From the NCBI GenBank assembly GCA_022823185.1, contig JAJDXQ010000006.1:70738-134737 (forward strand): a DNA stretch of 64,000 nt, read 5' to 3'. Of the stretch, positions 1 through 9,729 are shown one piece after another. Each line of letters opens with the position of its first letter. The stretch's first letter is position 1. Source of the DNA: Caldilineaceae bacterium. Lineage in GTDB: Bacteria; Chloroflexota; Anaerolineae; Caldilineales; Caldilineaceae. The notes beneath the pieces were generated by a model that was not told the DNA's origin, searched no databases, and saw only the letters and a program-made list of their open reading frames with translations. A program made the position numbers and the translations under genes.

Positions 1-565
1 GAATCGGCGCCAAACTGTATGCCGCCTGCGCGTTGCCTGCCAGTTGGCCCGTGCGCCACTGCTCTGCCGTAATACCGTACACGATTTTGTCATGTCCCGT
101 CGCGTCCTGGTGATACTTCTGCCGCATACGGCCCCGGCGCCTGAATCCCACCCGCTCAGCCAATCGCAAGGATGCCCTGTTTTCTTCACTAATCCACAGC
201 TCCACCCGGTCCAGCCCCATCTCGTCAAAGCCATGATCCAGAGCCGCCCGCACGGCCTCGCTCATATAGCCGTTCCCCCAATGCTCCGGGTGCAGCATAT
301 AGCCCATCCCCGGCACGCCCGCATTCCCGATGTAATCGACAAATCCCAACGCCGGGCCGTCCTCGGCCGTACGCACGGTCCAGACCGTCCCTGGCCCGGT
401 AAGCATTCCTTCGACCATCTTGACGGTCTCAACTGTCGATGAGTGTGCCGGCTCATTCATAAACTGCATCGCTTCAGGCCGGCGATACACGTCATAAAGG
501 TCCTCCGCATCGGATGCCGCAAGTGGTCGCAATACCAGCCGCTCAGTCGTAAGTGTGGCCTGCAT
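1..565 (-). CDS. GNAT family N-acetyltransferase (RimJ/RimL-like), 3' end runs off the window
   Basis: Absent from the ORF track because no stop lies inside the window. Manual reverse translation from ATG (565-563) gives MQATLTTERLVLRPLAASDAEDLYDVY...GYMLHPEHWGNGYMSEAVRAALDHGF...LWISEENRASLRLAERVGF...GITAEQW, a typical RimJ/RimL-type GNAT pattern. Frame checked codon by codon for 2..61. Confidence 0.75.
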   Translation of the reverse strand, partial: MQATLTTERLVLRPLAASDAEDLYDVYRRPEAMQFMNEPAHSSTVETVKMVEGMLTGPGTVWTVRTAEDGPALGFVDYIGNAGVPGMGYMLHPEHWGNGYMSEAVRAALDHGFDEMGLDRVELWISEENRASLRLAERVGFRRRGRMRQKYHQDATGHDKIVYGITAEQWRTGQLAGNAQAAYSLAPI

Positions 566-732
566 CAAATCGTCTCCAAAAGTGTCTTGTTTCCAGCTTG
601 AATGCGTTTATCCAAATTCCATTCCTGCTAAACCACCACCGGTTCGCCGCCTGGTCTGGCCCCCGCAAAAGCCTCTTGCGCCATTTCCGCGCAGTCCACG
701 AACACCCATTTCCCGCCCCTGCCGGCCCTCAC

Positions 733-1833
733 CTACCCACTCTCGTAGAGCGTACGAAGCGCGGTCCGCAACTCTGTCGCCTCCAGCAGATCCGTGCTGT
801 CGCTGAACTGGTCGATGCTCCCGATCGGCCGCCGCTGCGCGAGTTTCGCCACCTCCCCGTCACCGATCGTGTCAAGAAGCGCGTCGGCAAAGCCGTGCAA
901 TGCAATTACCTGAAATGGCCGGCCAAAGAAGTTCGTCGCTTTTTCCGGCATCGGCTCCGTCAACCCCAGCCGGTTGTGCCGAGCGGCCACGGCGCCATAG
1001 GCTTCGCCCAGCCGCCGATCCCGTTCCTCCCACGTCTCCGCACGCTGCACAGCCGAAAAAATCTCCGTCAAATCCTTCGCGCTGTCCAGCTGACCAAATG
1101 CCGTGCCGAACCACTTGGCATACGGCGCATACCGACGTTCCATCAGAAAACACAGCCGCATCAGGTCCCGCGCCAAACGCGACGCGATCAGAGCCGAACC
1201 CAGTTCGTCTCCGACCAGACCAGCCCGTCCCATCAGATGCTCCTCCTGGCCGACGCGGGCCCAGCCCGCAGCCAGCAGATAGCGCCATACATCTGCAGGG
1301 TACCAGTCGAACCGTGCCCGCACGTCGCCCAATCCAATTTCGTCGTAAAAGATCTCTCCCTCCGTAATCGTACGCAGCTTCTGCTGGGGAAATGTCAGCC
1401 AGTCAGCCGCCCCGATCGGTCTGCCGATATCGAAATTGAGGTAGCTCCGCCAAAATCCGCCAATCGTCAACGTCTCCACCCTGTGATTTACCGGCCCGCT
1501 CTCGGTCGCCTCCAGGAGTTGGACCCCATTGTCTTCCGGGTCCGGCTCACTGAAATTCGTGGGGTAGCCCAGAAAGCGGTGGGGAAGCCCGTGACGCAGC
1601 GCTTCGTCAATATCCTCGGCGTGAGCCTCCCAATCGTCCGGGCGCAGAAAGAGTTGCAGTCGCGGCCCCCAGCCATGATCCGCCGACATCTCATCGTCAA
1701 ACCCCAGCGTCTCCGAGCCGGAGCCGAGCATCGCCGCGCTGTGCGCCATCCCGGCAAACGACCTGTCCAGCACCGGCCGCGCCGCCTCCCAATAGAAGCG
1801 CCTGCTCAACTCCATCCCAGGGATGAATGTCAT
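733..1833 (-). CDS. DUF4037-type nucleotidyltransferase-fold protein
   Basis: 366-aa ORF. N-terminus MTFIPGMELSRRFYWEAARPVL and GSGSETLGFDDEMSADHGWGPR (GS...DxD NTase-like signature) match my memory of DUF4037 proteins. High GC, like the core genome. Confidence 0.6.
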   Translation of the reverse strand: MTFIPGMELSRRFYWEAARPVLDRSFAGMAHSAAMLGSGSETLGFDDEMSADHGWGPRLQLFLRPDDWEAHAEDIDEALRHGLPHRFLGYPTNFSEPDPEDNGVQLLEATESGPVNHRVETLTIGGFWRSYLNFDIGRPIGAADWLTFPQQKLRTITEGEIFYDEIGLGDVRARFDWYPADVWRYLLAAGWARVGQEEHLMGRAGLVGDELGSALIASRLARDLMRLCFLMERRYAPYAKWFGTAFGQLDSAKDLTEIFSAVQRAETWEERDRRLGEAYGAVAARHNRLGLTEPMPEKATNFFGRPFQVIALHGFADALLDTIGDGEVAKLAQRRPIGSIDQFSDSTDLLEATELRTALRTLYESG

Positions 1834-1836
1834 TTT

Positions 1837-2763
1837 CTACGTCGCCAGATCGAAGGGAAGGTCGCTAATGTCGCGCAGCCGTTTACCCTCAAGCATTATC
1901 TTGAGCATATCCATCTGGTCTTCGTTATCAATCTCTTCTATGGCAGCGCGCAATTCATGCAGGGCGAAGTGGTAAACACAGTCCACGTCTCCGGTGCCGA
2001 GTGCGATAGCAGCCAGGCGCGTGGGGAGAGGTTCAGCAGTGACAACCGCGATGTGAGGGAGGCGTCCTTTACGGTTGCGGATCAGATTCAGTGCCTCAGT
2101 GCGTGCATTCTGCACTCGATCGCTTCGTATAGTCCATTTGCACGAAATACTGGCGTGAAGAAGTGGACGGGAATCTTCGGCGTTTGCGGCTCGCAGAGAC
2201 GTCATATTTGCCGCCTCGTCATCACCTGATAGGATCTCCCCTAGCAGGTTGAATTCTTCGTCTGCAATTGGCTGCCGGCCAATCACTATATCAGGTCTAA
2301 TGATATAATCTTCACCTAAGGCGGAGGCCAACAGTGGGTCTGAAGTCGACTTTTTGAATTGGTCCAAGTATTCAAGGTGCTCATACTGGTCAAATTGCGA
2401 TATAGCATAGCGGGTCGAATAAAACCAGTTGCCTGGTCGGACGTGCCGCAATAGCTGAAATGTTTCTTCTATAAAGGAAGCTGTAATGTTTTCAAACTTT
2501 GCGCCGACAGTTTGGCCGGACAGTGGCTGCGAGGTTTCGACAGATTTCAGGCGATTAACGATTCCCCAAGCGATTTCGCAACTCGCTCGGTTCGTCCCAT
2601 CAGCAAAATTCGGATATTGGGATTCATTCCTTTTGCTTCTGGAAAGTCGTATCACCTGCTCGTAAATCTGTTTATGACATTTGCGACGCAAATCTCTAAT
2701 TGACACTATCAGTACTCCCCAATCAGTTGTTTCCCTTAAGAAACCCGATAACAAACTCTTCAT
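1837..2763 (-). CDS. Type II restriction endonuclease, NgoMIV/Cfr10I family (probable GCCGGC/RCCGGY-type specificity)
   Basis: 308-aa ORF in a low-GC islet. RPDIVIG (PD) and LHASISCKWTIRSDRVQNARTEALNLIRNRKGRLPHIAVVTAEP...GTGDVDCVYHFAL...GKRLRDISDLPFDLA closely resemble NgoMIV as I remember it (SxK catalytic signature). Confidence 0.8.
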   Translation of the reverse strand: MKSLLSGFLRETTDWGVLIVSIRDLRRKCHKQIYEQVIRLSRSKRNESQYPNFADGTNRASCEIAWGIVNRLKSVETSQPLSGQTVGAKFENITASFIEETFQLLRHVRPGNWFYSTRYAISQFDQYEHLEYLDQFKKSTSDPLLASALGEDYIIRPDIVIGRQPIADEEFNLLGEILSGDDEAANMTSLRAANAEDSRPLLHASISCKWTIRSDRVQNARTEALNLIRNRKGRLPHIAVVTAEPLPTRLAAIALGTGDVDCVYHFALHELRAAIEEIDNEDQMDMLKIMLEGKRLRDISDLPFDLAT

Positions 2764-4153
2764 GCATGCGTTTCTGGATCTGGGATTCCGGATTCCGGTT
2801 CGTACTGGCAGGCATCATTCGTCGGTTCCGGTCCAATTGACGCACCCCTATTTTCGGTACTTCAAAGCCGATTGAGCGACCAATGTCGGCTAGACACATT
2901 CCTGTCTGTGTGTCAGTGCCCCGCATCTCTGAACTTCCTACGACGACTATAGCTGCCTTGCCGGGTCGCAGAACGCGGAACATCTCTTGCAGTGAGTTGG
3001 TCATTTCAGAATAATAGCGATGCAAAACGCGGCCTTTACGCGCGTCTCGTTGTCCTACTTCTCTTACAATCTTCGCTGAATATTCAGGCAGTTTGACAAA
3101 TTCCACGTCGGTAGTCGATTCGCCGCCAATATAGCGTTTTCGGGTCTCACCAAGTGTAGGAATCGAATGCCCGAGCCACACTAGAGAGAACTTATGTGCA
3201 CGCATATAATCGATCGCGTTGGATGCATAGGGAGGGGAGGTCACGATCAGATCTACTGAGGAGTCTTCAAGTTCCAAGCCACGAGCGTTGCCAAACTGAA
3301 GGCGCGGCCGAAACCGGGCATCCTGGAGGCAGGACAATCCGTCAATGTTCTGCAGGTAGCGTCGCCTAAAGTCTTCTATGGGAGAACGCAATTTCTTCTT
3401 GAGGAAGGCGGCCCGTTCGGATTCATTTTCGGAAGGTCGACCGCTTTGAGTCGGGGCCGAATTGAGAGCGTTAGCCCCTTCAAGGACTTGGCCATTTTCA
3501 TCTATGACAACCTTTGCTCTATGCGGGCGCGTGTGGGCCAGATCCAGCGCCAACGAAACACCGCCCGATTTTGTAATAATGATGGCGGAAAGAGCCAATT
3601 CAAAAAAGGAGCGTAATTTGAAGTCGGAAACTCGCCCAATTGCCTCGACAAGAGACAGAAGTTCGATCTGCGTAGCAGGCAAAAACCAGTAATCAACAAA
3701 GTCCTTTGTTTTTCTGTTCCATCGTTGTTCTAGACGTTGTGTCAGCCCGATCCGATTTTGCGCCAGTTCAGTTTCAGCACATTCAATAATGCAGTGTCCA
3801 GTGCGTCGCACTTCAGGAATATCGAGAGGGCACACTTTTACCTGCGTTAGCAAGAGTGCTAGTGGATCGATATCGAAACCAATCGCCCTCCGATTGAGTA
3901 AGTAAGCCTCCAAAACCGTTGTGCCAGATCCCATCATTGGATCAAGCACAACATCTCCTTCTTTCGTCAACCCGCTGATGAATTTGCGCGGAAGCTGCGG
4001 AGGATACTTCGCTGGAAAAGCGTGAAAGCTGTGAGAAGCATAGCGGCTCTGTTCGCTATGAAAATCCAAATCCTCGCTGAGTAACGCTCTTAGGCGCCTA
4101 TGTGTTCCTGGCGGCAATTCAGATTGGTCGAATAAACTCTGTTGCAAATGCAT
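2723..4153 (-). CDS. Site-specific DNA methyltransferase, N4-cytosine/N6-adenine (amino) type
   Basis: 476-aa ORF. AdoMet motif I DPMMGSGTT at residues 71-79 (preceded by HAFPAKYPPQL) and catalytic motif IV SPPY at 306-309 (DLIVTSPPYASNAIDY). Overlaps the endonuclease ORF by 41 nt. Low GC. Confidence 0.85.
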   Translation of the reverse strand: MHLQQSLFDQSELPPGTHRRLRALLSEDLDFHSEQSRYASHSFHAFPAKYPPQLPRKFISGLTKEGDVVLDPMMGSGTTVLEAYLLNRRAIGFDIDPLALLLTQVKVCPLDIPEVRRTGHCIIECAETELAQNRIGLTQRLEQRWNRKTKDFVDYWFLPATQIELLSLVEAIGRVSDFKLRSFFELALSAIIITKSGGVSLALDLAHTRPHRAKVVIDENGQVLEGANALNSAPTQSGRPSENESERAAFLKKKLRSPIEDFRRRYLQNIDGLSCLQDARFRPRLQFGNARGLELEDSSVDLIVTSPPYASNAIDYMRAHKFSLVWLGHSIPTLGETRKRYIGGESTTDVEFVKLPEYSAKIVREVGQRDARKGRVLHRYYSEMTNSLQEMFRVLRPGKAAIVVVGSSEMRGTDTQTGMCLADIGRSIGFEVPKIGVRQLDRNRRMMPASTNRNPESQIQKRMHEEFVIGFLKGNN

Positions 4154-4255
4154 GTGGGCATCTCTTTTTTGTTAGTCCAAACGGGTGTGGCAGATCAGAA
4201 CAGAATCAGTATAGCAGTGTTTCCCCATCCGCGCTAGAACGAATTTTCTATTTCT

Positions 4256-5851
4256 TCATTTGAGACGCCCCCACACAAACTCGCCCCCAAATACCGTAGC
4301 CTCCACGTCCGTCTCCAGGATCGCCGTCGGATGAACCGTGAAAATATCCTGCGACAACACCACCAGATCAGCGAACTTCCCCGGCGCAATGCTGCCCTGG
4401 CTGTCCTCCGTTCCGCCCGCGTACGCCGCGCCCACCGTATAGGCCCACACTGCCTCCTCTACCGTCAGGCGCTCTTCAGGATACCAGCCGTCTCCGCCCG
4501 GGCTGCCGTCCGCCCGCATGCGCGTAACCGCCGCATGGATCCCCTGAATCACGTCCGGTGTCTCCACCGGCGCGTCCGAACCGAAGGCCAGCCTTGCCCC
4601 GCTATCCCACAAGGTCCGAAACGCGTAGGCGTAGCGGCTGCGCTCGCCCCAATACCTGTCCGCAAGGCGCATATCCTGCGTCGCGTGTATCGGCTGCACC
4701 GACGCAATGACATTCAACTCCGCAAAGCGGGCAATGTCATCCGGATGCAGCACCTGCGCGTGCTCGATTCGGTGTCGTAGATCCAGCCCCCTACCGGCCC
4801 GCCGGCTTTCCTCCAACGCATCCAGCACCATGCGGTTGGCCCTGTCGCCGATCGCATGCGTCACCACCGCCAGCCCTGCATCCGAAGCACGCGCGATAAT
4901 ATCCGCCATCTCCTCCGCACCCGTAACCGCGATACCCAAATTGTCGGGTTCGCCGTCATAGGGCGCCAGCATCCAAGCAGTTCGCGGTCCCAGCGCGCCG
5001 TCGCTGAAGACCTTTACGCCGCCAATACGCAAATATTCGTCCCCAAGCCCTGTACGCAGCCCAAGGCGAATCGCGCTGTCCAGCTCGGCCACGGGGATCT
5101 GCGCCACCGTGCGCAACGTCAGTTCATCTTGCGCGCGCAGCTGTTGAAAAGCGCGCAAAGAGGCCGCCGCCTCCTTCGTGTGTACCCCCACGATCCCCAT
5201 GCGATTGGCGACCTTCTGCGCTTCACGCACCGCCTTCAGGGCCTCCTCCTCCGCTGGTTCAGCCATGCATGGGAAGACCAGCTCCATTGCTCTTTCAAGC
5301 AGAATGCCGGTCGGCCTGCCCTTCCCATCTCGTACTATCTCGCCGCCATCCGGATCCTCCGTCTGTGCCGTGATCCCCACCTTCTCCAATGCCTGGCTGT
5401 TTACCCACGCCGCGTGGCCGCATTTGCGCGCTAAATGGACAGGATGCGCCGCCGCGACCGCATCCAGCTGCGAGGCCGATGGAAACGAGCCGCCCTCCCA
5501 GATCGACTGGTCCCAACCCCGGCCCATCAGCCACTGCCCTCCAGGCGTAACCGCTGCCCTCGCCTTCACCCGCTCCAACGCCGACGACAACGTCGGAGCG
5601 CCACTCAGATCAATCTCCCGCAGACTCAGCCCATAGGAAAGAAAGTGAATATGAGCGTCGATAAAGCCGGGGACCACCGTCGCGCCCCGCAGGTCTATCT
5701 CCCGTCCGCCTGCGCCAAGCAGCACCCTTATCTCCGCATCGCTGCCCGCAGCCGCAAAACGGTCGCCCGCGATGGCCACCGCTGTAACCCGGGGCTGCCC
5801 CGCATCCATCGTGTATATGTTGCCGTTGAAAAGCGCTAAGTCAACTTGCAC
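4256..5851 (-). CDS. Amidohydrolase family protein (YtcJ-like, Amidohydro_3)
   Basis: 531-aa ORF. N-terminal LFNGNIYTMD...VVPGFIDAHIHFLSYG metal-binding HxH motif; C-terminal GSDAPV and GSIAPGKFADLVVL are typical of the family. Confidence 0.85.
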   Translation of the reverse strand: MQVDLALFNGNIYTMDAGQPRVTAVAIAGDRFAAAGSDAEIRVLLGAGGREIDLRGATVVPGFIDAHIHFLSYGLSLREIDLSGAPTLSSALERVKARAAVTPGGQWLMGRGWDQSIWEGGSFPSASQLDAVAAAHPVHLARKCGHAAWVNSQALEKVGITAQTEDPDGGEIVRDGKGRPTGILLERAMELVFPCMAEPAEEEALKAVREAQKVANRMGIVGVHTKEAAASLRAFQQLRAQDELTLRTVAQIPVAELDSAIRLGLRTGLGDEYLRIGGVKVFSDGALGPRTAWMLAPYDGEPDNLGIAVTGAEEMADIIARASDAGLAVVTHAIGDRANRMVLDALEESRRAGRGLDLRHRIEHAQVLHPDDIARFAELNVIASVQPIHATQDMRLADRYWGERSRYAYAFRTLWDSGARLAFGSDAPVETPDVIQGIHAAVTRMRADGSPGGDGWYPEERLTVEEAVWAYTVGAAYAGGTEDSQGSIAPGKFADLVVLSQDIFTVHPTAILETDVEATVFGGEFVWGRLK

Positions 5852-6090
5852 TGGTCACCCCAATATCTGAACAGTTCCTGGAGACCGCTTCCCTTTTGCA
5901 TTCGAGCCATCAGTTCCTTTTGTTCGCTCTTCTTCTGTTATACCATACAGCCGCCGGACGCCCACTGCAAAGAATCGCCGCCGCCTCCAATTCTGCTGAA
6001 TCCACTTTGGCGCCAGGCGTTTAGCAGCATTTAGTAGCTATTCTGGATCCTGCCGCTTTCTCTCTGACCTGGAATCTCCCGAGTCGCCGC

Positions 6091-8625
6091 ATGAACACCA
6101 CCACTGTGCTCATCTCTGTGAGCGTTGGCCTTCTTATCCTGCTCCTTTTGGCAGGCGCATTTGCATGGATGACATACAAGAGCAGCGACCGGCGCTGGGA
6201 TCTTATGTGCGCGACTCTGCTGGCCGCAATGTTCGCGGCCTTTTCCTGGCGCACCATCATCGGCGCTGCCTACCAGCCGGCCGATGGCGGCGACCTGGTC
6301 AGCTTCCTCTTTCCCATCTACCGGTTCGCTGCCCGCACCCTCAGCCAGGGCAGCCTGCCGCTCTGGAATCCGCACCTGTACGGCGGCGCGCCCTTTGTCG
6401 GCGACATCCAGGCCGGATTTCTCTATCCGCCCAATCTCATTCTCTTTCTTCTGAATCCCCACTTTGACTATCGATGGATGCAATTGCTCAGCATCGGCCA
6501 TCTCTGGTGGGCCGGTCTGGGTGTCTACGTCCTGGTTCGTACTCTCGGTTTCACCCGTCCCGCCGCGCTGCTGGCCGCCCTGGCTTTCGGGCTCTGCGAC
6601 ATCCTTTTCATCCACATCGGCAATCTCAATCTCAACGCAGTCCTCTCATGGAGTGGTTGGATTCTCGCTGCCTGCCATCGCGCGCTGTCCCGCCGCAGCC
6701 TCACCTGGGCCGGAACCGCGGCCGCCCTCTTCGCCGTCGCCAACTACGCCGGCCATGCCCAAAGCAGCTACTTCCTCGCGATGGCCGCGGGGATTTACTC
6801 CCTTGGCTTTCTGGCAGTTCAACACTGGGAAAAACTCTCCACATCGTCCCACGCGATGGCCCTGCGTCAAACACTGACCGGCCTGCGGTTTCCGCTTGTC
6901 CTGTTCATCCTGACTGCGCTCCTCTCGGCGCCCATCCTCCTCCCCTCCATTGAAATGCTCCCCTTCACCAAAAGGGGAACATTTGACTACCAGGACACCG
7001 TCTCCTACTCTCTTGAGCCAGGTCCCGCCTTGATCGGCCTCATCACGCCGGGCTTCTTCGGCCGCGGACCGTGGAACTACTGGGGGGCGTGGGATCGAGT
7101 CGAACTGCCCTACGCCGGCCTTGTAACGCTCCTCCTCGCCTTCGGCGCCTTCCTGCTGCCCCTACCCCGAAAGTGGCGCAGGCTGCTCCCCTGGCTTGCA
7201 TTGGGCCTGTTCGGTTTTATCATCGCCCTCGGCGGTAACACACCCCTCCACGGCTGGCTGACTCGCGTCCTGCCCCTCTATGGCAGTTTCCGCGCCCCTG
7301 CCAGGGGAATTGTCCTCTGGGCGCTTGCGCTCTCCGTTTTGGCGGCGTTCGGATTGGATGCCCTCCTTGCCGGACGCATAAAAGGACGACTTTCTCTCCC
7401 CACTTCCCAGTCCGCCGTCTATCTTTCTGTCGTGCGTTTCAGCGGCCCCGCATTCCTCCTCCTGCTGGTTCAGGTCCTATTCCTCACGACGCGCGTCCTT
7501 GATGGCGATCCGGTTGCATTGCAACGGGCAACGATGGCCGGCCAGGCGCTCCTTTTGGCGGCTGCCGTATGGCTGGCCGCCTCGATCCTGCTGACCCTCT
7601 ACCAGCGTCAACGACTCACAGGAGGCGTCTTCGCTGCGTTGCTCCTCCTCCTCTCCCTGCTGGAGATGACCGGCGCCGCCGCCAATATCGACGTCAGCGA
7701 AAACGATCCTTCGCGCAGCTTCTCACATCCGGAGGTCATGGCCTTTCTGCGCGAGCAGGCCGGTGAAGACGCACACTGCGCCCCCGCGCAAGGCGAGGCC
7801 TGTGCGCAAACTGCCGCCGCCTCGCGACACCTCTTCCGCATCGACGTCCGCACCGGCATCTACGATCTGTGGCAACCGAACACCGCAGCCTTCGCCGGCC
7901 TCTATGATGTGGGCGGAATCTACAACCCTCTCGAACTGGTGCACTGGCAGACCCTCTGGGGAAACAACGGCGGTCGCCAAACCAGGAACTATGACCTGCT
8001 CAACGTCCTCTACGTTCTCGTGCGCGACGGCACGCCCCTGCCGGAACAGTATACCCTGGCTTACGACGCCCCTGGCCCGCTCGCCGTCTACCGGAATCCT
8101 GACCCACTGCCCCGTGCATGGCTCGTGCCCTCAGCCCGGATCCGCCCTGACCAGGAAGCCGTCCTGGCCGAGGTGACCCAAATGTCGTTTGAGCCCTTAC
8201 ACACCGTCGTGCTCGCCCAACACGACGCCGACCTCGTCCTTCCCGCGCCCACCGACCAGGCGCCTCCATCAAGCATGGAAGGCCCCGTTTCGATCCTCGC
8301 ATACTCGGAAAACGAAATCGAAGTCGCAGCCAGTGCCGAAAAGGCAGGCTACCTGGTTCTCAGCGAAGTTTGGTATCCCGGTTGGCGGGCAACCGTAAAC
8401 GGGGCGCCTGTTCCCGTTGTGCGCGCCAATTACGCATTCCGAGCCCTGCCCGTGCCTGCAGGTGAACTGGAAGTCCGAATCTGGTACGCGCCCGAAAGCT
8501 GGCGTCGCGGGCTGGCCCTCTTTGGCGCCGGTATTCTGTTGTTGGCGGGTATGGTTCTGCGGCCGCTCATCCCCTCAAATCGAGCCAAAAAACATGAGGC
8601 CGCTATGCAGACGAAACGAAGTTGA
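6091..8625 (+). CDS. YfhO family polytopic membrane protein (GT-C-like glycosyl carrier/transferase)
   Basis: 844-aa ORF with many hydrophobic spans. LWNPHLYGGAPFVGDIQAGFLYP near the N-terminus and a C-terminal VWYPGWRATVNGAPVPVVRANYAFRALPVPAGELEVRIWY block characteristic of YfhO proteins. Confidence 0.75.
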   Translation: MNTTTVLISVSVGLLILLLLAGAFAWMTYKSSDRRWDLMCATLLAAMFAAFSWRTIIGAAYQPADGGDLVSFLFPIYRFAARTLSQGSLPLWNPHLYGGAPFVGDIQAGFLYPPNLILFLLNPHFDYRWMQLLSIGHLWWAGLGVYVLVRTLGFTRPAALLAALAFGLCDILFIHIGNLNLNAVLSWSGWILAACHRALSRRSLTWAGTAAALFAVANYAGHAQSSYFLAMAAGIYSLGFLAVQHWEKLSTSSHAMALRQTLTGLRFPLVLFILTALLSAPILLPSIEMLPFTKRGTFDYQDTVSYSLEPGPALIGLITPGFFGRGPWNYWGAWDRVELPYAGLVTLLLAFGAFLLPLPRKWRRLLPWLALGLFGFIIALGGNTPLHGWLTRVLPLYGSFRAPARGIVLWALALSVLAAFGLDALLAGRIKGRLSLPTSQSAVYLSVVRFSGPAFLLLLVQVLFLTTRVLDGDPVALQRATMAGQALLLAAAVWLAASILLTLYQRQRLTGGVFAALLLLLSLLEMTGAAANIDVSENDPSRSFSHPEVMAFLREQAGEDAHCAPAQGEACAQTAAASRHLFRIDVRTGIYDLWQPNTAAFAGLYDVGGIYNPLELVHWQTLWGNNGGRQTRNYDLLNVLYVLVRDGTPLPEQYTLAYDAPGPLAVYRNPDPLPRAWLVPSARIRPDQEAVLAEVTQMSFEPLHTVVLAQHDADLVLPAPTDQAPPSSMEGPVSILAYSENEIEVAASAEKAGYLVLSEVWYPGWRATVNGAPVPVVRANYAFRALPVPAGELEVRIWYAPESWRRGLALFGAGILLLAGMVLRPLIPSNRAKKHEAAMQTKRS

Positions 8626-8687
8626 CGCAACGAAACGATGGTCAACATCTGACTCCATAGGCAGCGACCCAAACGAATTCAACTTGC

Positions 8688-8714
8688 CGCGAACTGCCGC
8701 CATTGCAGTTCGCG
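8688..8714. terminator. 10-bp perfect stem-loop between convergent genes (no U-tract)
   Basis: CGCGAACTGC (8688-8697) / loop CGCCATT / GCAGTTCGCG (8705-8714). Lies between the yfhO-like stop (8625) and the formamidase stop (8812). Confidence 0.3.
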
Positions 8715-8811
8715 CGGTCGGCCGCAACCTGGCCCTCTCGTGCAAAGACCTCCCCCCGCAACGGCCTCTGCTTCCGGGCATTTGAAAAAGCGCGCCTGCA
8801 GTTCCCTGCCG

Positions 8812-9729
8812 TTACGGCAGTACCGTCTTCGGCATCTTGCAGATCATCGTGTACGCCGGATCATAGATGTTGCCAAGATCGTACTCCACTGTCTGCCCCA
8901 TCAATATGTGCGCCCCCACCGGGTCAATCCCCAGATCCGTTTCCAGCCAGCGGATCATCTCCGTGGTGGCGTGCTGCGTAGCCTGATCCAGCGGACGTGC
9001 GTTGCCCGCAGTAAAGATGTACGCCTCGTTCTCTCCCCTCGGCCAAAAGATACGCCGGCCTTTCTGCACATCAACCGTGAAGCCCACGTCGAATGAGATC
9101 TCCACGCCGGTGCCCACGATCTCGCCATCCCCCTGCACCGCGTGCCCGTCGCCTATGTGAAAGAGCGCCCCGGGCACAAAGACAGGAAGATAGACGGTCA
9201 CCCCTTCCACAAAACCTCGATAGTCCATGTTGCCGCCGTGGGGCCCGGATGTGGCCGTTGAAATCGCTTCTCCCCGGTCCGGCGCTACCCCAAAGCAGCC
9301 CGGCATCGGCGCCAGCGGCAAAGTCACCGCGCCCAGGCTCGTCTGCGGCTCCACCAAGGTCACTGTGCCCGCCTCGTTGTCCACCCGCCAGTTGGCCAGC
9401 TCCTGTCCCTCCGCCGGCCAAGGCATATTGGGCACCTGCTCCGGGTCGACGACATTGGGGGCCACCATCGTACGCGTCCACCCGTATGGGCGGTTGCAGA
9501 GCAGTTTATCCAAATGCACCACCAGCGTGTCCCCCGGTTCCGCCCCGTCCACATAGAACGGCCCCGTCATCGGGTTGCCCGGCGGCGTTACCTCCTGACC
9601 GCTGCTGTCCTGTCCCCTGGCATCGACGGTCGTTGTCTCAACGCTGTCTCCGGGCTGCACATGCAACACCGGCGCGTGCGATCCGATCGTCCCAAAATAA
9701 TGGTCCGGCTGGAAATGATGAGTAGCCAT
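8812..9729 (-). CDS. Acetamidase/formamidase family protein
   Basis: ORF 8812..9963, with the start moved to ATG 9729 (MATHHFQPDHYFGTIGSHAPVL...), which has AGGAAAGG 5 nt upstream. GNMDY and HIGDGHAVQGDGEI motifs are typical of FmdA/AmdA. Confidence 0.8.
   Translation of the reverse strand: MATHHFQPDHYFGTIGSHAPVLHVQPGDSVETTTVDARGQDSSGQEVTPPGNPMTGPFYVDGAEPGDTLVVHLDKLLCNRPYGWTRTMVAPNVVDPEQVPNMPWPAEGQELANWRVDNEAGTVTLVEPQTSLGAVTLPLAPMPGCFGVAPDRGEAISTATSGPHGGNMDYRGFVEGVTVYLPVFVPGALFHIGDGHAVQGDGEIVGTGVEISFDVGFTVDVQKGRRIFWPRGENEAYIFTAGNARPLDQATQHATTEMIRWLETDLGIDPVGAHILMGQTVEYDLGNIYDPAYTMICKMPKTVLP

Noticed and set aside
553-2229. 558-aa plus-strand ORF spanning the DUF4037 gene and part of the endonuclease gene
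   Set aside because: It is antisense to two ORFs with clear family signatures. Its translation is Arg/Pro/Gln-rich low-complexity, typical of the mirror frame of high-GC genes. No motifs.
6019-6040. Imperfect 10-bp tandem TTTAGCAGCA/TTTAGTAGCT upstream of the YfhO gene
   Set aside because: Only two units at 8/10 identity, with no convincing -35/-10 geometry. Likely chance.
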